A stretch of DNA of 64,000 nucleotides from Anaerolineaceae bacterium (GTDB taxonomy: Bacteria > Chloroflexota > Anaerolineae > Anaerolineales > Anaerolineaceae). The stretch is taken from positions 1,152,749 through 1,216,748 of the forward strand of contig JAXGMV010000001.1 of assembly GCA_040768445.1 (NCBI GenBank), in the 5' to 3' direction. The position numbers were made by a program, and so were the translations under genes. The notes beneath the pieces were generated by a model. It was not told where the DNA came from and searched no databases. It saw only the letters and a program-made list of their open reading frames with translations. Below, piece after piece: positions 46,514-55,254 of this stretch. Numbering within the stretch: the first letter of the stretch is position 1; each line of letters opens with the position of its first letter.

Positions 46514-47296
46514 CTAAACTAAATCGGGGTCACTCCAGCGGATGGCGCCGCGCAGGTGCTGTGACAGCTGACCGAACTCTGGCGTGTAGCGCAGGTCATC
46601 GGTGCGCGGGCGGGGAAAGTCTACCGTCATATCCAGCTCAATGCGCGCCGGGCGCGGTGTGAATACCAGCACCCGGTCTGACAGGAAGACGGCTTCGGAG
46701 ATGGAGTGGGTGACCATGATAACGGTCTTGCGGCGCGCCTGCCAGATTCTAAGCAGGTCATCGCTCATGCGCTCACGGGTGAGGGCGTCCAGCGAGCCGA
46801 AGGGCTCATCCAACAGCAGTAGATCGGGGTCATGCGCCAGGGCGCGGGCGATGGCCACACGCTGTGCCATGCCGCCTGAGAGGTCACGCGGCCAGGTGTT
46901 CTCAAAGCCCTGCAGTCCAACTAATTCAATCAGTTCATGCGCACGGGCATCAGCCTCGTGTGCGGGTATACCCTGCATCTCCAGCGGCAGTGTGATGTTG
47001 TGCAGGACGGAACGCCAGGGCATCAGGTTGGCAGATTGAAAGACCAGCCCGACGTCCGGCAAGCCGCTGGCCGGGTTGGACGGCCTGACACTGACAGTAC
47101 CGGCCGTTGGCGGCACGAGACCGGCCAGCACACGCAGCAGCGTGCTCTTACCGCTGCCTGAAGGCCCCAGCACGCACAAGAACTGCTGGGCGGGCACGGA
47201 GAAGCTGATATCGTGCAGCGTCCTCAGCCCGCCGTTCTCGCCCGGGAAGGTGACATGCAGTCCCTTGACCACTACAGCCAGATCGTCCAGTGCCAT
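46514..47296 (-). CDS. ABC transporter ATP-binding protein (NitT/TauT family), third gene of the FMN-riboswitch operon
   Basis: GPSGSGKST, LSGGMAQRVAIARAL, LLLDEPFGSLD. Confidence 0.9.
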   Translation of the reverse strand: MALDDLAVVVKGLHVTFPGENGGLRTLHDISFSVPAQQFLCVLGPSGSGKSTLLRVLAGLVPPTAGTVSVRPSNPASGLPDVGLVFQSANLMPWRSVLHNITLPLEMQGIPAHEADARAHELIELVGLQGFENTWPRDLSGGMAQRVAIARALAHDPDLLLLDEPFGSLDALTRERMSDDLLRIWQARRKTVIMVTHSISEAVFLSDRVLVFTPRPARIELDMTVDFPRPRTDDLRYTPEFGQLSQHLRGAIRWSDPDLV

Positions 47297-47297
47297 T

Positions 47298-48296
47298 TTA
47301 GCGGCTTACCTCTGGCAGGTAGTCATTGCTATAGGCAGCATCCAGGTCATCCAATGGCTTCTGAAGGAAACCGATTTTGAGAAGCAGGTCGTGCATGTTC
47401 TGCCAGGCCTGTGGGTCAGAGTATCCCAGACGCTCAGCCTTCCATAATTCCATAGATGCCAGCATCACCTGCTTTTGTATATCAGCCTGCTGATCGAGGT
47501 TTTCGACATACCTGGTGGAGATTTCAAAGGCCTCATCCGGGTTATCGAGGGCATCCTGCATGCCGTGCAGAAGTGCTGTGACCATCTTGCGCACCAGCTC
47601 AGGGTTCTCTTTCAACGTGGTTTCATTGGTGATCAGGCCGTTGGAAACCAGCTCGATGTAATCCGCGGTGCTGATGGTGAATGCGTCATAGCCGCGCGCT
47701 GCCAGCTGGACGGGTTCGTTGGCAATATAAGTGACCGCTGCATCTTCCGTCTTTGCGATCAATGCCTCAACCTGGTTGTAACCAATGGTGTCCAGCGTGA
47801 CGTCGGTTTCACGCAGGCCGGCGGCATCCAGCAGGGCACGCAAGCCTACGTAGCTGGCGCCAAACAGCACAGGTGTGCCAATGCGCTTGCCGGAAAGATC
47901 CTCTGGCTTTGTGATACCCGAGTCAGCCAGAACGGTGATACCGACCGGGTACTTCTGGTACCAGGCAGTCACGTATACAATCGGCAGTCCCTGGGCGCGA
48001 CCAAGCGGTACCTGCTCACCGGAGATCACGGCAAACTGCAGGGTGTTGGCGCCAACCAGCGCCACGGCATCGGTCTCGAAGGAGTAATCCAGCGTCAGTT
48101 CAATGCCGGCATCCTTGAAGTAGCCCTTTTCTATGGCAACATACAGCGGGGCGAACTGCACGTTGGGGATGTAACCGACCGGCATGCGGATTTCGATTAG
48201 CTCTGCAGGCGGTTCAGAAGGTCGCTGCGGTGTGCAGGCAGATAATGCAAGGGTCAAGCTGAGTATAAGTAGAAGCGGGGTAAAGGATGGTTTCAT
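47298..48296 (-). CDS. NMT1/THI5-like periplasmic substrate-binding lipoprotein, candidate riboflavin-binding RibY-like protein
   Basis: Lipobox LALSAC. VGYIPNVQFAPLYVA and G..D.A..... blocks of NMT1/THI5-like SBPs. Substrate inferred from the upstream FMN riboswitch. Confidence 0.8.
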   Translation of the reverse strand: MKPSFTPLLLILSLTLALSACTPQRPSEPPAELIEIRMPVGYIPNVQFAPLYVAIEKGYFKDAGIELTLDYSFETDAVALVGANTLQFAVISGEQVPLGRAQGLPIVYVTAWYQKYPVGITVLADSGITKPEDLSGKRIGTPVLFGASYVGLRALLDAAGLRETDVTLDTIGYNQVEALIAKTEDAAVTYIANEPVQLAARGYDAFTISTADYIELVSNGLITNETTLKENPELVRKMVTALLHGMQDALDNPDEAFEISTRYVENLDQQADIQKQVMLASMELWKAERLGYSDPQAWQNMHDLLLKIGFLQKPLDDLDAAYSNDYLPEVSR

Positions 48297-48320
48297 CAGT
48301 GCACTCCAAATTAAGATAGG

Positions 48321-49139
48321 TTACTGCTGCCAGGCAAGCAGTTTGCGCTCAACCAGCAGGACAGTGCCATAGAGCGCCAGCGCCATGGCAATCAGGGTAA
48401 ACAGGGCAACAAAAACAAGGGCAGTGTCGTATTGACCCCTGCCGACATTGATCAGGAAGCCCAGACCGCGGTCTGAGCCGACGAACTCACCTACCACCGC
48501 GCCAATAACGGAAAGCGTGGCGCCAATACGCAGTCCGCCCAGCAGAACAGGCAGTGAAGCGGGGATCTCAAGCTGAAGCAGCATCTGCAGGGGGGTGGCT
48601 TGCAGGGAGCGCATCAGGTCGCGCAGGCTGTCGGGCACTGCGCGTACACCCACAACCGTGTTGACCAGCACCGGGAAGAAGACCGTCAAACTGCAGATCA
48701 GCACCTTGGAGAACATGCCGGGTCCAAACCAGATAATCAGCAGAGGGGCGATGGCAATGGTGGGCACCGCCTGGCTGGCAACCAGGTAGGGTGAGAGCAT
48801 GTGCTCCAACAGGCGCGACTTACCCAGCAGATAGCCCAATATGGTTGCCATCAAACTGCCGGCAAGCAAGCCTAAAATTACCTCCAACAGGGTGATGCCG
48901 GCATGCCGCAGGAGCGAGCCGTCAGACAGCGCTGTGTAGAAACGCGTTACCACCTGCCCAGGCGAAGGCAGGATGAATGCCGGCAGGCTGCTGAGGCGGG
49001 TGAACAGCTCCCACAGCAGGACGGCCGCAGCCGCTGAGAGCGGGAAAACGATGCGTCTCAAGCGGCGCACACGCTGATCAGCAGCCTGTGTGGTCGTTTT
49101 ATCTTCTGGTATGGTTTTTGTAAACTGCTTGACTGCCAT
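48321..49139 (-). CDS. ABC transporter permease (BPD inner-membrane component), first gene of the FMN-riboswitch operon
   Basis: Six-TM permease with an EAA-like loop (LMRSLQATPLQMLLQLEIPASLP). Start set at ATG 49139 because track start 49163 lies inside the terminator hairpin. Confidence 0.85.
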   Translation of the reverse strand: MAVKQFTKTIPEDKTTTQAADQRVRRLRRIVFPLSAAAAVLLWELFTRLSSLPAFILPSPGQVVTRFYTALSDGSLLRHAGITLLEVILGLLAGSLMATILGYLLGKSRLLEHMLSPYLVASQAVPTIAIAPLLIIWFGPGMFSKVLICSLTVFFPVLVNTVVGVRAVPDSLRDLMRSLQATPLQMLLQLEIPASLPVLLGGLRIGATLSVIGAVVGEFVGSDRGLGFLINVGRGQYDTALVFVALFTLIAMALALYGTVLLVERKLLAWQQ

Positions 49140-49141
49140 AT

Positions 49142-49168
49142 AAAAACCCTGACGAGTTTCCATCAGGG
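49142..49168 (-). terminator. Riboswitch expression-platform terminator
   Basis: Minus strand CCCTGA-TGGAAACTCG-TCAGGG-TTTTTAT, ending 2 nt before the permease ATG. The 3' arm also contains the only purine-rich RBS-like element. Confidence 0.75.
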
Positions 49169-49205
49169 CTTTTGATCGAGTTTAACAGCGCAGCTGCGCC
49201 GTATG

Positions 49206-49329
49206 CCTTCTTTCATCCGGACTGTACCGTCGACCCCGGAATTACACCGGGTCTTGCGCATCCTGCGCTCGTGGGTTGTCACCACCGATCGGGAATTGGG
49301 ATTGAAGCTCCCGCACCCTGCCCTGAAGG
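49206..49329 (-). promoter_or_regulatory. FMN riboswitch (RFN element) aptamer
   Basis: Minus strand: CCUUCAGGGCAGGGUG..AAUUCCCGAUCGGUGGUGACAACCCACGAGC..GACCCGGUGUAAUUCCGGGGUCGACGGUACAGUCCGGAUGAAAGAAGG. It matches all conserved RFN blocks in order, and P1 closes as CCUUC/GAAGG. Confidence 0.85.
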
Positions 49330-49351
49330 ACTTTATGATGTTGTTAACGTG

Positions 49352-49380
49352 AGTATAGCCCCGTTACTTTGGGCTGTCAA
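49352..49380 (-). promoter_or_regulatory. Near-consensus sigma70-type promoter of the riboswitch operon
   Basis: Minus strand TTGACA (49380-49375), 17-nt spacer, TATACT (49357-49352), preceded by an A-rich UP-like tract. Confidence 0.7.
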
Positions 49381-49412
49381 TATTTTTTTAACGTCGAAGA
49401 AAACAGCATTGG

Positions 49413-50453
49413 TCAAAAACGGTCAATAACCGTGATACCGGTGCCTTTGAAGGAGTGCATGTCCATTAAGGCAGCAGGCGCTTCCTCAAGACTGATGAGC
49501 TTGTTCACCAGCCTGTCAGGCTGCAGCTTGCCGGTGCGGATCATCTCCAACAGGGATTCGTAACGGTACGCCTGCATGCCGTGAGAGCCGTAAATCTCCA
49601 GTTCTTTTGCGATCACCCTTCCCATTGGCAGCGGCGGCAAGCTGTGTTCGCCGGCCATTAAGCCGACCTGGATATGTTTGCCGCGCTTACGCAGGCTGTT
49701 GATGGAATTGACGCAGGTGACCGTACTGCCCAGTGCATCGAGTGAGACGTGCGCACCGCCACGGCTGATCTCCAGCACGGCCGAAGGAATATCATCAACC
49801 TCTTTAGCGTTGAGCGTTGCAACTGCGCCGATCGAGCGGGCAAAGTCCAGCTTCTCATCGTTGATGTCAATACCGATCACGGATGCGCCCAGGGCGCTGG
49901 CGATCATCACAGCCGAGAGACCGACGCCGCCGCAGCCGTGCACGGCTACCCACTGGCCGGCTGAGACGCGCCCCTGTTCCACTACCGCCCGGAAGGACGT
50001 GGCAAAGCGGCAGCCGAGGCTGGCAGCAGTGACAAAATTAATCTCCGGTGTCAAGGCGACAAGGTTGATGTCTGCCCGTCCGATGGCAACATATTCGGCA
50101 AAGGAGCCCCAGTGAGTGAAACCCGGCTGGAACTGGTCATCACAGATTTGGTGATTGCCGGAGACGCACTGCGGGCAGGTGCCGCAGCCGCACACAAATG
50201 GCATGGTGACGGCGTCGCCGACTTTCCACAGTTTGACATCCCTGCCTACCGCCTGGATGGTACCGGCCAGCTCATGACCCGGCACGTGCGGCAGGTGGAT
50301 GTCGGTGTCATGCCCGACCCAGCCGTGCCAGTCGCTCAGGCACAGGCCGGTGGCGACAACTTTGATGACCACGCCATCAGGCGTTGGGGTTGGATCAGGT
50401 ACTGTGTTGACTGAGACAGGGCCGTTAAACTGCTCGTAGTAGACTGCTTTCAT
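49413..50453 (-). CDS. Zinc-dependent alcohol dehydrogenase family oxidoreductase
   Basis: [14 protein letters not shown], structural-zinc CGCGTCPQC, Rossmann GCGGVG. Confidence 0.85.
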   Translation of the reverse strand: MKAVYYEQFNGPVSVNTVPDPTPTPDGVVIKVVATGLCLSDWHGWVGHDTDIHLPHVPGHELAGTIQAVGRDVKLWKVGDAVTMPFVCGCGTCPQCVSGNHQICDDQFQPGFTHWGSFAEYVAIGRADINLVALTPEINFVTAASLGCRFATSFRAVVEQGRVSAGQWVAVHGCGGVGLSAVMIASALGASVIGIDINDEKLDFARSIGAVATLNAKEVDDIPSAVLEISRGGAHVSLDALGSTVTCVNSINSLRKRGKHIQVGLMAGEHSLPPLPMGRVIAKELEIYGSHGMQAYRYESLLEMIRTGKLQPDRLVNKLISLEEAPAALMDMHSFKGTGITVIDRF

Positions 50454-50523
50454 TGGGGTTCCTCCGGTAGGGATCAGGGATTATTTTGACAGCAGGAAAT
50501 GAACTGCTGCAAAGATTGTAATC

Positions 50524-51546
50524 TCACGCGCCGTGCCAGCCTGTATCTTCAGGCAGGTAAGGCCAACCCAGCAGCAGGACTTCGGTCAGCAGCTGAGGGT
50601 TAGTGTTGGTGGTATCCAGTGTATTGAGCGCCTGTTCCATGCCGGTGAGTACCCGGCGGATTTCGGCCGGGTCCAGGCGTTCAGCCAGGCTGCTGATCAC
50701 TGCATCCCAGTCCAGGTTGATTAACGGCACGTTGGCGCGGCTGGTACGCATGAAGACATCGCGCCAGAAGAGCAACCAGGTTTGGTAAAGTGACTTGAGA
50801 CGGTCGCGCTTGGTGCGGGCAGTGATGCCGGCGGCATAGGCAAAGCGCTCGCGGCGGTTGGCGCCCAGCAGGGTAAGGATATCTTCCAGCCAACCCTGCC
50901 GCTCCTCCATTAATTGGGGGTCTTCGTACAGGCGCAGGGCTTCACCTACCCGCCCGGAGGAAAGGTGTGCCAGCAGGCGTGCATTCTCTGGCACAAGGCT
51001 CCAGCGTGACACCAAGAGGTCAGCAAGTGCTTCGGGCGCCAGAGGGCGCAGGCGCAGGACTTCGCAGCGAGAGACGATGGTTGACAGCAGGGTGTCGGTT
51101 GTGAGGGCGGTCAGTACCAGAACCACATGCGGCGGGGCTTCCTCAAGCGTTTTCAGCAAGGCATTCTGGGCGCTGATGGTGGCACTGTCAAAGTTCAACA
51201 GCAGGGCAAAACGGGTGCGGGCTTCGTAGGGTGTAAGTGAAAGGGTGCGTCCCAGCTCACGGATTTGCTCCACCTTGATGGTGCTGCCCTCGCCATCGGC
51301 TGAAATTACCGAAAGATCCGGCAGCTGCATGGCGGCGGTTTGACGGCAGGTGCGGCATGTCATGCAGGGTTGCCCGGGGGCTATTGGCTTGGGGCAGTTG
51401 AGCGCCTGGGCAAAGCGCAGCGCCAGCGTGCGCCGGCCGGTGCCGCGTGCGCCGGTAATCAGGTAAGCATGCCGCTGCTCGCCGCGTATAATTTGTCCGA
51501 CAAGCAATTCAGCCGCCCATTCGTGTCCAGCAATGTCCCAGTTCAT
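50524..51546 (-). CDS. holB: DNA polymerase III delta' subunit
   Basis: HAYLITGARGTGRRTLA, zinc-module-like CPKP....PCMTCRTC, LLKTLEEPP. The start may be ATG 51546 or TTG 51582. Confidence 0.8.
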   Translation of the reverse strand: MNWDIAGHEWAAELLVGQIIRGEQRHAYLITGARGTGRRTLALRFAQALNCPKPIAPGQPCMTCRTCRQTAAMQLPDLSVISADGEGSTIKVEQIRELGRTLSLTPYEARTRFALLLNFDSATISAQNALLKTLEEAPPHVVLVLTALTTDTLLSTIVSRCEVLRLRPLAPEALADLLVSRWSLVPENARLLAHLSSGRVGEALRLYEDPQLMEERQGWLEDILTLLGANRRERFAYAAGITARTKRDRLKSLYQTWLLFWRDVFMRTSRANVPLINLDWDAVISSLAERLDPAEIRRVLTGMEQALNTLDTTNTNPQLLTEVLLLGWPYLPEDTGWHGA

Positions 51547-51626
51547 CACATGGATTTTAGTCCAGAACCGGTGAATGGGCAAACAAAGTGATAGAGTGGG
51601 TTTCTACTGAGTGCCCGTTTGGGTGA

Positions 51627-51655
51627 TTGACTCTGCTCTCTCAAATGCGTATGAT
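51627..51655 (+). promoter_or_regulatory. Near-consensus promoter upstream of the lipoprotein/TSP3 operon
   Basis: TTGACT (51627-51632), 17-nt spacer, TATGAT (51650-51655). It leaves a leader of about 230 nt before ATG 51894. Confidence 0.55.
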
Positions 51656-51893
51656 GAGAGCAACACACAACAGTTTTTATTAAGGTCTGAGGTAAGACAT
51701 CTTTCGGGTTGAACTGCATTCTGCGCTCAGAACACCCGTTACAGCAGACAGGGTTGGGATTTAAACAGGCCGAACAGGCGCCTTTGGATTATGCCAATCC
51801 TTCAATTTCCTAAACAGCACAGCCAGCAGTTAAAGATAATTATGAATCAGCAGAGCGGAGCTTAACGGACCTGCGGTTAAAGATGGGAGGTTC

Positions 51894-53036
51894 ATGATGA
51901 AACTCAGGCATTGTTTTCTCTCAGCCCTGTTGTGTCTGATGTTAGGTGGCTGTAGTTTGGATACTGCGGGTATTATATGTGGACTGAATATATATGTTGA
52001 CCAGCCGCTGCCTGATACACACACACCGGTGCTGCTTCCCGTTGCTGTCATGGGACATACGATATATACAGATGATGCTTCGCAGCAGTTCCAGGTGGTG
52101 ATCAAGGAGCAACAGGACGTCTTTTCATCGGACTATGATTACATTCCGCTGGAAAAGAATGAAATATCTCCCGGTCTGATTGAATTAATCGCCTGGTGGG
52201 TGCCTCAGAGGGGAGGATTGCATAATATTTTAATAATCGGCCAGACCGATTGTGATTACTCGCCAGTTTATCATATCTATGTGGAAGAGGCCGGCAGGGG
52301 CGGGGCGCTAGAAGAGGTTCCACCCACACCTGCCCCTACCGCCCCTCCACCGACAGCCATGCCGCTGGTGATGCTCATCCAGTTTTGGACAGATGTGGGT
52401 GAAGTAGTAGCTGGTGGCTGCACGCGCCTGCACTGGGATGTCAGCCATGCCGACAGGATATATCTGGATGGCGAACAGGTTCCAGCATCCGGCAGCCGGG
52501 AGGTGTGCCCTGTATCTACCACTACTTATACCGTCAGGGCTGAGGACGCATCGGGAACAACAGAGAAGAGCCTGGCAGTTAATGTTGGTGCTGCGCCTGT
52601 CACACCGCCGCTGCAGTTGACTTTCATGCCGCCAACCATCGTGGTACAACCGCCGGTAACGCAGCAGCCGGCAGATACCAGCGGCCCGCAGATCAACTCA
52701 GTCAATCACTCACCAGCATCAATATTCGATAACCCGGCCTGCGGCGCAGCTGAAGTACAGATCAACGCCAGGGTTGAAGATCCATCCGGTGTCAGCACCG
52801 TCGAAGTGTATTACCGGGTATCCAGCGGCAGCATGCAGGGTGCCTGGCGTATTGTCTCCATGACATCAGTTGGAGGTGGCGAGTACAGGGCTGTGCTGGG
52901 ACAGGCGCATTTCAAGAGCAGCCATCCAGATTTCTTCAACGGCACGGTGGAGTACATCATCAAGGCGCGCGACACCAAAAACAACGGCTCCGAGAGCGTG
53001 CCGGCACAGATTACAGTCCTGGTTTGCATTACCTAA
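51894..53036 (+). CDS. Lipoprotein of unknown function with Ig-like/beta-sandwich regions
   Basis: Signal peptide with lipobox LMLGGCS, Pro-rich linker PPTPAPTAPPPTA. No family recognised. GGGAGG RBS. Confidence 0.6.
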   Translation: MMKLRHCFLSALLCLMLGGCSLDTAGIICGLNIYVDQPLPDTHTPVLLPVAVMGHTIYTDDASQQFQVVIKEQQDVFSSDYDYIPLEKNEISPGLIELIAWWVPQRGGLHNILIIGQTDCDYSPVYHIYVEEAGRGGALEEVPPTPAPTAPPPTAMPLVMLIQFWTDVGEVVAGGCTRLHWDVSHADRIYLDGEQVPASGSREVCPVSTTTYTVRAEDASGTTEKSLAVNVGAAPVTPPLQLTFMPPTIVVQPPVTQQPADTSGPQINSVNHSPASIFDNPACGAAEVQINARVEDPSGVSTVEVYYRVSSGSMQGAWRIVSMTSVGGGEYRAVLGQAHFKSSHPDFFNGTVEYIIKARDTKNNGSESVPAQITVLVCIT

Positions 53037-53051
53037 GGGAAGGAGTGGGAT

Positions 53052-54956
53052 ATGAAACTAAAAAATCCCTGGATAAAAGCCCTGGTGATCACAGCGCTGG
53101 CAATCCTGAGCGTGTTGATTATCGCCCTGGGTTTTGTGGCTTACCGTGTAGTTGCACTCAGTATGAAGAAAGCCTCCCGCCCGGTGATTGAGGTGGTCTC
53201 ACCCCAGATTGATGCAGTGCTCCTTGAAGGTGAACAGGTGGATGTGCTGGCAACCGTCAAATCAGGCGGGTCGCCGGTTGAACGCTTTGAATTTTATGTG
53301 GACGGCATGCTGGCAGGCAGCCGTAAGGCAGAAGGAGATGTGCTGGCTGTGCGTTGGATCTGGCTGCCGGATATTGAAGGCAGCCACAGGCTCACCTTCC
53401 TGGCAACAAACGCGCAGGAGCAGATGAGCACGGTAGAATTGGACGTTTCAGTCGCAGACCAGCCGGATAAAGATGCAGACGGCGTCCCAGATGCGGTGGA
53501 TGCCTGCCCGGATGTGGTCGGTACGGTGGCTGGTGGTGGGTGCCCGCTGCCAGATGACCGCGATGGTGACGGCATCCCTGATGCTGTAGATGCCTGTCCA
53601 GATGAGCCTGGTGCAACTGAGGACGGCTGCATCCCATCAGAGCGCTCAGATCGTGACAGGGACGGTTACCCAGATGATGGCGACCGCTGCCCGGATGAAG
53701 GTGGTTTGCTGGAATGGGGCGGCTGTCCGGAAGGCGCGTGGACGGCTGACCGGGATGGTGACGGTGTACCTGATTTCATTGACACCTGTCCAGACCGACC
53801 GGGTCCGGCAGAGAGCAGCGGCTGCGAAGGGGTGACGTCAGAAGACCGCGATGGTGATGGTGTATTGGATGCGCTGGATGCCTGTGTGGATACACCCGGG
53901 AGCGCTGCTGGCAGCGGCTGCCCACTGGCAGCAGACAGTGATGGCGATGGGATGGATGACAGCCTGGATGCCTGCCCTGAGAGCGGCGGCTTACCCGGTT
54001 CAGACGGCTGCCCGCCGGAAGAATTGCCAGCAGACAGCGATGGCGACGGTGTTCTGGATGTGGTAGATCTTTGTCCTGAAACACCGGGTGTGCTTGAGGT
54101 GTTTGGCTGTCCATTACCTGATGACAGCGACGGGGATGGCGTGGCGGATGAAGATGACAACTGCCCGGATATGCCTGGCTCAGCGGAGCTGCATGGCTGC
54201 AGCCTGGCTTCACTGCCATATGCCCGCATAGCCATGCAGGACATCCTGTTTCCTGAGTTTGTGAATCCATGCCAGATTGACCCGGCGATATGCATCGAAG
54301 ATCTTGAGTATGGAGAATACAGCGAGACGTATGGATCTCCCAACGATGCCGATTCAGACGGTATATTTGATGACGCGGATGACTGCCCGACAGAATACGG
54401 TGAGCCAAACCATGACGGCTGCCCGGACCCAGATGACACCGATTTTGACGGCATCAGAGATGAGATCGACCAGTGCGATCATGAGGCGGGGCCGATATCC
54501 AATTACGGGTGCCCGCGCACTCACGGTATGCCAGAAGACAGGATGTTTCAGTTCTATCTTCACAATTTTCGGACAAACCCCAGTTGGAACAAAGCCTTTT
54601 GTTATGTGAATTATGACTATGATACAGCAACTGCTGGCGACTACAGCAGTTTTATGAGGCTGCCTAACGCTATTTATATGTATGAACTTATGCGAGAAAG
54701 CGGAGGCGGTGATTTTAATATGTTTTGGACGACCAGAGAATTTCGTGCATCGATTGATGATTACATAAACTCATCTTTTAGTGTCTACTGCTGGGGCTAC
54801 GGAGGTAATATCGGTGAGCATGCCCAATTGTTGGGAAGGATAACGCGTGAGTTTAGCTATGATGTGCTTGATGGTCAGCTGCGTTCAATGCGGGGTGAAT
54901 CGGACTTTGGCTGGTTTGAGGTGGACTACCGCCTGTGCTCCAACCGCTGCCCGTAA
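53052..54956 (+). CDS. TM-anchored surface protein with about 10 thrombospondin type-3-like calcium-binding repeats
   Basis: N-terminal TM helix, Ig-like segment, then repeats of D.D.DG..D..D.CPD..G, and a Cys/aromatic-rich C-terminal domain. GGAAGGAG RBS 15 nt after the previous stop. Confidence 0.75.
   Translation: MKLKNPWIKALVITALAILSVLIIALGFVAYRVVALSMKKASRPVIEVVSPQIDAVLLEGEQVDVLATVKSGGSPVERFEFYVDGMLAGSRKAEGDVLAVRWIWLPDIEGSHRLTFLATNAQEQMSTVELDVSVADQPDKDADGVPDAVDACPDVVGTVAGGGCPLPDDRDGDGIPDAVDACPDEPGATEDGCIPSERSDRDRDGYPDDGDRCPDEGGLLEWGGCPEGAWTADRDGDGVPDFIDTCPDRPGPAESSGCEGVTSEDRDGDGVLDALDACVDTPGSAAGSGCPLAADSDGDGMDDSLDACPESGGLPGSDGCPPEELPADSDGDGVLDVVDLCPETPGVLEVFGCPLPDDSDGDGVADEDDNCPDMPGSAELHGCSLASLPYARIAMQDILFPEFVNPCQIDPAICIEDLEYGEYSETYGSPNDADSDGIFDDADDCPTEYGEPNHDGCPDPDDTDFDGIRDEIDQCDHEAGPISNYGCPRTHGMPEDRMFQFYLHNFRTNPSWNKAFCYVNYDYDTATAGDYSSFMRLPNAIYMYELMRESGGGDFNMFWTTREFRASIDDYINSSFSVYCWGYGGNIGEHAQLLGRITREFSYDVLDGQLRSMRGESDFGWFEVDYRLCSNRCP
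53466..54480 (+). repeat. In-frame array of about 10 TSP type-3-like repeat units (coding repeat)
   Basis: DKDADGVPDAVDACPDVVG, DRDGDGIPDAVDACPDEPG, DRDRDGYPDDGDRCPDEGG, DRDGDGVPDFIDTCPDRPG, DRDGDGVLDALDACVDTPG, DSDGDGMDDSLDACPESGG, DSDGDGVLDVVDLCPETPG, DSDGDGVADEDDNCPDMPG, DADSDGIFDDADDCPTEYG, DTDFDGIRDEIDQCDHEAG. Confidence 0.75.
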
Positions 54957-54989
54957 GCAGGTGCGAAAGGCTGCAGACAGATTTGCAAC

Positions 54990-55017
54990 TTGACAGGAAG
55001 GGTTTTCCACGTAAAAT
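54990..55017 (+). promoter_or_regulatory. Near-consensus promoter of a 350-nt leader
   Basis: TTGACA (54990-54995), 16-nt spacer, TAAAAT (55012-55017). Confidence 0.55.
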
Positions 55018-55080
55018 TAAGGTGTAATTGGAATTCAAAATATTGTGCACGTGGTTTATTAACCAGGAGAATTGTTTTTA

Positions 55081-55254
55081 ATGGAGTCAGACAGTACCGG
55101 TAAAACTGGTGATAGTAACCCTCCCCCTGAACGGGGAAGATCAGTTTTATCAACACACATAAATAAGATTTGTCTGCGTGGGAAGCTGGACAGCGGAACC
55201 TTTTCGCTGCCGGTTTCGATCACCAGGCAGGTTGACAGGGAGGCGCCCATGTAG
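55081..55254 (+). CDS. Candidate 57-codon leader ORF (uORF) containing a PPP motif
   Basis: ATG 55081 lies 10 nt after AGGAGA. It encodes MESDSTGKTGDSNPPPERGR...REAPM and its stop TAG 55252-55254 abuts a hairpin. No homology recognised, so it may not be translated. Confidence 0.3.
   Translation: MESDSTGKTGDSNPPPERGRSVLSTHINKICLRGKLDSGTFSLPVSITRQVDREAPM

Noticed and set aside
49140-49163. Longer N-terminus (METRQGFY...) for the ABC permease, as in the ORF track.
   Set aside because: That ATG lies in the loop of the riboswitch terminator hairpin. ATG 49139 directly follows the T-tract and gives a normal permease N-terminus.
53466-54480. Periodic DNA repeats that might be mistaken for a CRISPR or other non-coding array.
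   Set aside because: The repeats are in-frame, imperfect and encode TSP type-3 Ca-binding units within one long ORF. There is no spacer/repeat regularity.
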